This document shows, piece by piece, positions 58,745 to 64,000 of a stretch of DNA of 64,000 bases (within the stretch, counting starts at the first letter, position 1; each line of letters starts with the position of its first letter). The translations under genes and the position numbers were made by a program. Origin of the DNA: Acidimicrobiales bacterium (GTDB lineage Bacteria > Actinomycetota > Acidimicrobiia > Acidimicrobiales > JAJPHD01); contig JBOGGU010000139.1 in assembly GCA_050744085.1 (NCBI GenBank), positions 34,809 to 98,808 of the forward strand. The letters run 5' to 3'. The notes under the pieces were generated by a model that saw only the letters and a program-made list of their open reading frames with translations, was not told where the DNA came from and did not search any database.

Positions 58745-60358
58745 TCAGGACTTCCTTCCGGCCATCCTGGGCCCGGCCATCCTGGGCCCGGCCATCCTGG
58801 GTCGGAGCCGGCGGCTCACGACGCATCCGTCCGGGGCGAGGAAGGCCTGGCGGTCGCTGCGGGCGAGGGTCGACTTGTGGCGGATGTACACGGCCCAAGT
58901 GAGTGTGCCGAGGACCACGTAAGCGGCGATGAAGGCGTACAGGGCTGGAACCGACCAGGCCGAGTGTGCCGTGGCCGCGGCCACCTTCTCAGCGGGGGTC
59001 TTGGCGGCCTTCTCGAGGGCCGAGATGCCGAGGCTGGCCTGGCGGAGCACCACCTGGACCAACACCCCTCCGAATGCCCCGATTGCTCCGGCGATGCCGA
59101 TGACAGCCGCCGCCCGGCGCTTGAACGCGACGGTGTTGAGCACCCGGTCACCACCCGCGGCCACCGCGAGGGCGGCAAAGACCGAGGGGATAATCTTGTA
59201 AACCGAACCGTTGCCCATGCCCGTCACGGCGAATACGGCCATGTAGGAGCTGAAGAAGAGTACAAAGTTGCGATCCTCCACCCCAACGATGGCGGTCGCG
59301 GTGAACAGCGCCATCCCGGCGAACATCGCCAGGGTGACCCGCGCCCCGCCGATCCGGTCGGCCCACAGGCCCCCGATCGGCCGAGACAGAGAGCCGATCA
59401 GCGCTCCGAGGAATCCGAGCCCAGCCAGGTAGGTGGCGATGAACGGGTGCATGCCCAAGAACTCCGGGAAGGTGTTCTTGATCACCAGGGGCAGGGCAAA
59501 GGAGAATCCGATGAACGACCCGAAGGTGCCGATGTACAGCAGGGAGATAATCCAGGTTTGGGGGTAGCGCAGAGCAGCCCGATACGCGCTGGTGTCGGCC
59601 TTTGCCTGGGTCAGGCTGTCCATGTACCCCCAGGCAGCGAAGGCGGCAACGATGATGAAGGGGAGGAACAGGATCCCGGCATAGGAGATGTGAACCGCGT
59701 GCGTGCTGAGCTTGAGTGCGGCGGTGGGAACCCCGATGATCACCACCAAGGGCACCAAGAACTGGGCCGTTGCCACGCCGAGGTTCCCCCCGGCGGCGTT
59801 GAGGCCGAGTGCCCAGCCCTTGGCGCGCTCGGGGTAGAAGTAGGAGATGTTGGCCATCGAGGAGGCGAAGTTGGCACCTCCGCAGCCCGCCGTCGCAGCA
59901 CAGACGAACAGCACCCAAAGCTGGGTGGAGTGGCCTTGGTGCGCCAACCAGCCGCTGGGCACCAGGAATGCCAGTAATAGGGCGGGGACCAGGAGGACCG
60001 CGCCGCTCATCGTCGTCCACGCTCTGCCTCCGAAGCGGGGGATGGCAAAGGTGTACGGGATCCGCAACATCGAACCGATCAAGTTCGGGGTGAGGGTCAG
60101 CAGGAACAGCTGGGATACACTCAGGTCGATGCCGATGTCGGCCAGGTTGAGCACCACGATCGTCCATACGATCCAGACGCAGAAGCCGACGTGGTCGGTG
60201 AACATGGACAGGATGAGGTTCCTTCGGGCGATGCGCTTGCCCCTGGCTTGCCAGAATGCCTCTTCGTCGGGTTCCCAGTGATCGATCCAGTGCTTACCTC
60301 GAGAGGCCGAGCCTCGTCGCCCGCCCCCGACCTCCGATGGCTTGGTGATTGTGGCCAT
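58745..60358 (-). CDS. narK: NarK/NasA-type nitrate/nitrite transporter (MFS, NNP family)
   Basis: 12-TMS profile and a Gly-rich NNP-type segment (LNAAGGNLGVA). The C-terminal tail PRMAGPRMAGPRMAG is encoded by a 15-nt x3 repeat (58759-58803). Confidence 0.88.
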   Translation of the reverse strand: MATITKPSEVGGGRRGSASRGKHWIDHWEPDEEAFWQARGKRIARRNLILSMFTDHVGFCVWIVWTIVVLNLADIGIDLSVSQLFLLTLTPNLIGSMLRIPYTFAIPRFGGRAWTTMSGAVLLVPALLLAFLVPSGWLAHQGHSTQLWVLFVCAATAGCGGANFASSMANISYFYPERAKGWALGLNAAGGNLGVATAQFLVPLVVIIGVPTAALKLSTHAVHISYAGILFLPFIIVAAFAAWGYMDSLTQAKADTSAYRAALRYPQTWIISLLYIGTFGSFIGFSFALPLVIKNTFPEFLGMHPFIATYLAGLGFLGALIGSLSRPIGGLWADRIGGARVTLAMFAGMALFTATAIVGVEDRNFVLFFSSYMAVFAVTGMGNGSVYKIIPSVFAALAVAAGGDRVLNTVAFKRRAAAVIGIAGAIGAFGGVLVQVVLRQASLGISALEKAAKTPAEKVAAATAHSAWSVPALYAFIAAYVVLGTLTWAVYIRHKSTLARSDRQAFLAPDGCVVSRRLRPRMAGPRMAGPRMAGRKS

Positions 60359-60462
60359 GCCTGCAGCCAAGCACGTTGATGTGTTCCCGCTGTTGCCTCG
60401 CGATGAACCGCGCTGGTCAGGTCCCGCACACCGGCTGGTGCCTCATTGTGAGGATCAGACCC

Positions 60463-60500
60463 GTAACACGAGCGAAACGCTCCCGTAATCAGCGCCTTTT
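60463..60500. promoter_or_regulatory. GlnR-box-like site (GTAAC-n6-GAAAC-n6-GTAAT-n6-...) in the narK/nnaR divergent intergenic region
   Basis: GTAAC acgagc GAAAC gctccc GTAAT cagcgc. The first a/b half-site pair matches the actinobacterial gTnAc-n6-GaAAc consensus exactly. The second pair is partial. Confidence 0.5.
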
Positions 60501-60515
60501 AGAATCTTGTGATTA

Positions 60516-61646
60516 GTGTCGCTGCGTCCCCTCGACGGCTTCGTGATCGGTATCACCGCGGATCGCCGCTGGGAGGAGCAGGCTGAGCTGTTGTCGCGCC
60601 GGGGGGCGTCGATCATCCACGGCCCTACCATCACGACGCTCTACCTGGCATCGGAAGAGAACCTCCGCCGGGCGACGATGGCGGTGATGGCCGAACCCCC
60701 CGACTACCTGGTTGCCACCACGGGGATCGGGATTCGGGCCTGGCTGGATACCGCGGCGGCCTGGGGGGTGGGCGACGAGCTGGTTGCGGCTCTGGGACGC
60801 GCCCGCATCGTCGCCCGGGGACCCAAGTCCGCTGCAGCACTACAGATCGCAGGCCTGCCCGTGTGGCAGAGATCCCCCACCGAGCGGATGGATGCATTGG
60901 TCGAGATCCTGCTGGCCCAGCCGCTGAGCGGCCTTCAGGTCGCCGTGCAGGAGTACGGCATGGGGAGCCCCGAGCTCATCGAGGCTCTGCACGAAGCCGG
61001 GGCGAAGGTCGTCACCGTGCCGGTCTACAGGTGGTGCTTGCCCGCAGACCCCGAGCCGGCGCGCCGCCTGGCCAGGGCAGCTTGCGCCGGTCAGGTTGAC
61101 GCCATCACCTTCACCAGCGCTCCTGCGGTTCACAACCTGTTCGCCCTCGCCGGCAGCCCAGAGGCCGACCAGCTCCGGGTAGCGCTCAACGGTGGGGTTG
61201 TCGCCGCCTGCGTGGGACCGGTCTGCGCCGGGGGGGCGCGCGAGGAGGGCATAAGGGAGCCTCTGACACCCTCGATTGGCCGGCTGGGCCTTCTGGTGCG
61301 GATACTCGGCGATCACGTGAGCGGAGCTCGAAGCGTCCACCGTCTTGGTGGCCATGAGCTGATCGTGCAGGGCGGCGCGATATGCCTCGATGGCGTCGTG
61401 GAGCAGCTCAGTCCCACGGAGCGAAGCATCCTGGACATGTTGATCCGAAAGCCGGGGGCTGTCGTCAGCCGACCGGCACTGCTCGGGCGCGTCTGGGGCG
61501 ACCCTGACGCCAATCCCCATCTTCTCGAGGTGGCCGTGAGCCGCCTCCGATGCCGGCTGGGTCCAGCAGGCGTGGCTCTGCAGGCTGTCTCCGGGAGGGG
61601 CTACCGGTTCCACTCTGGTGATTCGAGCCCGACCCCGCCCTGCTAG
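60516..61646 (+). CDS. nnaR: NnaR-type regulator: uroporphyrinogen-III synthase (HemD)-like domain fused to an OmpR/PhoB winged-helix DNA-binding domain
   Basis: The N-terminal ~250 aa are HemD-like. The C-terminus reads LSPTERSILDMLIRKPGAVVSRPALL ... EVAVSRLRCRL ... GRGYRF (trans_reg_C). It is divergent from the nitrate operon. Confidence 0.8.
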   Translation: MSLRPLDGFVIGITADRRWEEQAELLSRRGASIIHGPTITTLYLASEENLRRATMAVMAEPPDYLVATTGIGIRAWLDTAAAWGVGDELVAALGRARIVARGPKSAAALQIAGLPVWQRSPTERMDALVEILLAQPLSGLQVAVQEYGMGSPELIEALHEAGAKVVTVPVYRWCLPADPEPARRLARAACAGQVDAITFTSAPAVHNLFALAGSPEADQLRVALNGGVVAACVGPVCAGGAREEGIREPLTPSIGRLGLLVRILGDHVSGARSVHRLGGHELIVQGGAICLDGVVEQLSPTERSILDMLIRKPGAVVSRPALLGRVWGDPDANPHLLEVAVSRLRCRLGPAGVALQAVSGRGYRFHSGDSSPTPPC

Positions 61647-61689
61647 TCCCGATGGTCGATCCGCTGCCGGAACGCACTTTCCTGACATG

Positions 61690-61880
61690 ATCGGCCTGCT
61701 CGGCGGGGACTTCGGAGGCCAGCGCCCGAGTACTACCGTCGAGTTGGCGGCGGTGGTGCCGAAGCAGGCCAAGGTGGTTTTTGTGCCCGGCGAAGCGTTC
61801 GGGCGCCCGGGTACGGCCGGTTCTCCTACGCCCTGTCGGACGCGGCGCTGGCCGAGAAGATGGAGCGCCTGGCGCCCGGC
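61690..61880 (+). pseudogene. 3' fragment of a class-I aminotransferase gene, frameshifted
   Basis: KVVFVPGEAFG in one frame continues as PGYGRFSYALSDAALAEKMERLA in another. No upstream body of the gene is present. Confidence 0.45.
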
Positions 61881-61884
61881 TGCC

Positions 61885-62052
61885 CCGTTCGCAGAGCTGG
61901 TCGACCACGTGGCCTTCTACTGCGCGCTCATGGACCGCTGCACGGTGGGCGGGGAGGTGGTCGTCCCCCAGCCCTGCGGCTTCTACGGCGGCTGGGTGAC
62001 CTCGTGGGTGGTGGGGCCGTTCAAGGGAGCCCCCGGCACCCTCGGCTGGTAG
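61885..62052 (+). pseudogene. C-terminal fragment of a small conserved protein (DUF427-like by recollection)
   Basis: HVAFYCALMDRCTVGGEVVVPQPCGFYGGWVTSWVVGPFKGAPGTLGW-stop. It has no own start and is fused behind the aminotransferase fragment. Confidence 0.3.
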
Positions 62053-62062
62053 GCTCGTCCCC

Positions 62063-62400
62063 GTGCGGACGCTATTCGCGGGCGATGTGTTTGTCCACTA
62101 TGCCCAGCTCTACGTCCAGAGCGGCGACGAGTGGCTCTCAGATATGGAAGCGCTTTTGCCGGGCAGTCGAACGGCCTCTGCGGGGCTGCGGTACCCGGCG
62201 GGCTCTTCCTGTTGACCGGCTGCACACGGGCCAGGTCGGTTTCAGCGAGACCCCAATCACTCATTTGTGGCAGCTCGTCGCGGAGGGCCCGGAGGAGTTC
62301 GAACAGATTCTCAAGGGTCTCTCGGACAGGCTCACCACCTGGAGAGTCGCCGTGGCTCGGTGCCGACCGGCGAGGGGGACGTGCGCCCCAGCTGACCCGC
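62063..62400 (+). pseudogene. Unidentified ORF broken over three frames
   Basis: VRTLFAGDVFVHYAQLYVQSGDEWLSDMEA in frame a, FAGQSNGLCGAAVPGGLFLLTG in frame b, and LHTGQVGFSETPITHLWQLVAEGPEEFEQIL in frame c. They read as one protein only if two frameshifts are assumed. Confidence 0.3.
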
Positions 62401-62404
62401 TGCA

Positions 62405-62950
62405 CTACAGCGGCGGCGTGGCGGGGGAGGTGGTCGGCAGCAGCGCGACCCAGGTTGGGCCGGGAGCAAGGGGGATCACCTTGTACGCCTTGTCGAGCAG
62501 CGTGGTCGGTGAGCCCGGGTGGGGGTGCACCCACCTACCCGTGATGACCACCCCGTTGCGAGCCACCTCGGCCGGCCCCGAGCCGACCGCGCCGATGTAG
62601 TTCTGGTGGACGCCCGTCGCGTCCTCTACGTACGGGCTCGGGACGACCCGGACTTGCTCCACCACCACGTTCGCCGCCTGGATCTGGGTGCCGTCGCCGA
62701 GCTTGGCAGGAGCATTGCCGTAGAAGCGCAGGTAACGGCCTTTCTTGGGGTTCCAACGCCACCAGACATTTGCGGCGTAGGAGATTGCCAGGTGGATGGC
62801 GGGAGCCGTGGCGCCAGAGGGTGGCTTGGCCGAGTAGGTGAACAGCGCCTTGGGTGCGCCCGTCGGGTTGCCGGCGGCTGCCAACAGGGCCGAGGTGGAG
62901 GTCTCGAGGTTGTGCGGGGCGACCCGGGCCGGGTCCAGCGAGAAGGGGGC
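62405..62950 (-). pseudogene. DUF3048-like (YerB-type) protein, C-terminal half only
   Basis: WWRWNPKKGRYLRFYGN ... AANVVVEQV ... GSGPAEVARNGVVITGRWV ... IPLAPGPTWVALLP. The frame is closed by a TAG about 62951-62953, and no N-terminal domain or signal peptide lies upstream. Confidence 0.45.
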
Positions 62951-63190
62951 TAGCTGCTAGCGTCGGTGTCGGGAACTGTCGAGAAGGGCCTGTCTGACGG
63001 CCGGGGCCCGCCTGGTCAAGGCTTATGGCTCCCGGCGCTGGCTGCTGTCGGGCCGCCGGGCCAAGAAGTCGGCTCAAGCGGGTGCCGCCCAGGACCAGAT
63101 GGGACAGGACGATTATTACAACATCCTCAACGCAAGGCCCGGGCCGCCTGGCTGCGCAAGCACTGACCGTTGTTCGGCTCGCTCGGCCGA

Positions 63191-63655
63191 TCAGCGGCGG
63201 CCTCGCCAGAGCACCGGCGACTGGTTGAGCGGCACCAGGTCGCGCCGGTAATGGCGGTGGGTCTGGGCGACGGCTTCGGCGGCTGCCTGGCGGGCCTCGG
63301 CGAGCTCTGCTCGCAGGCGCTCGACCTGGTCCTCCAGGGCCATGACCTGGCGCACCCCCTCCAGGTTGAGCCCCGCAGCGGTGAGGTCCAGGATGCGTCG
63401 CAGCCGGGCAATGTCGCGCTCGCTGTAGCGCCGGCTGCCTCCCCCGGTGCGCGCGGGGCCCACCAGCCCGCGCCGCTCGTAGATCCGCAGGGTCTGGGGA
63501 TGCACCCCAGCCAGCTCGGCGGCAACCGAGATCACGTAGACGGCCCGGTTCGGACCAGGGCGGCCTGGCCGTGCTGGCCCGCCTGGCCCCCCTGCGCCGG
63601 CTGGCCCCCCTGCGCCGGCTGGCTCCCCTGCGCCACCTGGCCCCCCTGGGGTCAT
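63191..63655 (-). CDS. hspR: MerR-family heat-shock repressor HspR
   Basis: MerR HTH (YVISVAAELAGVHPQTLRIYERRGL). It sits directly downstream of dnaJ with a 4-nt overlap. The N-terminal Gly/Pro/Ala extension is encoded by an 18-nt x3.5 repeat (63583-63649). Confidence 0.85.
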   Translation of the reverse strand: MTPGGPGGAGEPAGAGGPAGAGGPGGPARPGRPGPNRAVYVISVAAELAGVHPQTLRIYERRGLVGPARTGGGSRRYSERDIARLRRILDLTAAGLNLEGVRQVMALEDQVERLRAELAEARQAAAEAVAQTHRHYRRDLVPLNQSPVLWRGRR

Positions 63656-64000
63656 GCCACCGGCTCGGTCTGCTTGCGGGGCGACTCGGTGAAGGCGGTT
63701 GCCAGGCCCTCGACAGCGACCCGCTGCTCGTCGCTCAGGCTCGTCGGCACGCTCACCTCGACGCTGACCAGCAGGTCACCGGGCCCCCGCCCCTTGGCAT
63801 CCCCCGATGGTACTCCGCGTCCCCTCACCCGGAACGTCCTCCCACTCGGGGTGCCCGGCGGTATCCGCAGCGACACCGCCTCGTGCAGGGTGGGGACCGT
63901 GATGGTGGCGCCGAGGGCGGCCTCGGGGAAGGTCACGGGGACCGTCAAGATGAGGTTGTGCCCGCGGCGCCCGAAGACCGGGTGCGAGCCCACCCTCACC
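63652..64000 (-). CDS. dnaJ: Chaperone DnaJ, C-terminal part (5' end outside the window)
   Basis: The DnaJ C-terminal domain reads HPVFGRRGHNLILTVPVTFPEAALGATITVPTL ... GDLLVSVEV.VP..L. The ORF is open to the window edge. Confidence 0.9.
   Translation of the reverse strand, partial: VRVGSHPVFGRRGHNLILTVPVTFPEAALGATITVPTLHEAVSLRIPPGTPSGRTFRVRGRGVPSGDAKGRGPGDLLVSVEVSVPTSLSDEQRVAVEGLATAFTESPRKQTEPVA

Overview
Very GC-rich, gene-dense bacterial chromosome segment. No rRNA, intact tRNA, CRISPR array, transposase or integrase was seen. Gene content points to a high-GC Actinomycetota-like organism; this is inferred from content, not from a database search. The supporting genes are a mycothiol-type PIG-L amidase, GuaB3 plus GuaA, an NnaR/GlnR-box nitrate regulon, HspR plus CIRCE heat-shock control, and the tsaE-tsaB-rimI-tsaD-groES-groEL block.

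Main blocks, in order:
- TetR plus a DHA2 efflux pump.
- A beta-propeller/redoxin fusion gene interrupted only by an in-frame TGA at the CxxC cysteine. It is a selenocysteine candidate.
- Fructosamine kinase plus LMW-PTP, then asnB.
- An ABC-2 exporter, then SPFH plus an RHH protein.
- A VapBC-like pair next to an AT-richer AIPR-like gene and a tRNA-like fragment.
- A complete four-gene Wadjet cassette (jetA-D, anti-plasmid SMC-like system) in which jetA is frameshifted.
- udg and the t6A genes, then CIRCE-groES-groEL.
- Two loci of Uma2 (DUF820) nuclease paralogs.
- A translationally coupled four-gene operon: Cas4-like Fe-S nuclease, a degenerate Cas4-like paralog, a YprB/MrfB-like RNase-H-fold exonuclease, and an MrfA/DUF1998 DEAH helicase. 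It is preceded by a 111-bp inverted repeat. This is my best candidate for an undescribed DNA-processing or defence module.
- ndh, then a decayed phnD-phnC-phnE locus.
- guaB3/guaA, clpB with a HAIR-like box, and a second VapBC pair.
- A nitrate assimilation operon (narK-nirB-nirD::nasA fusion-mobA) with a divergent nnaR and a GlnR box.
- A 1.4-kb stretch of gene fragments, then hspR-dnaJ.

Many of the long ORFs in the six-frame track are antisense or alternative-frame shadow ORFs typical of GC-rich DNA. I rejected those.
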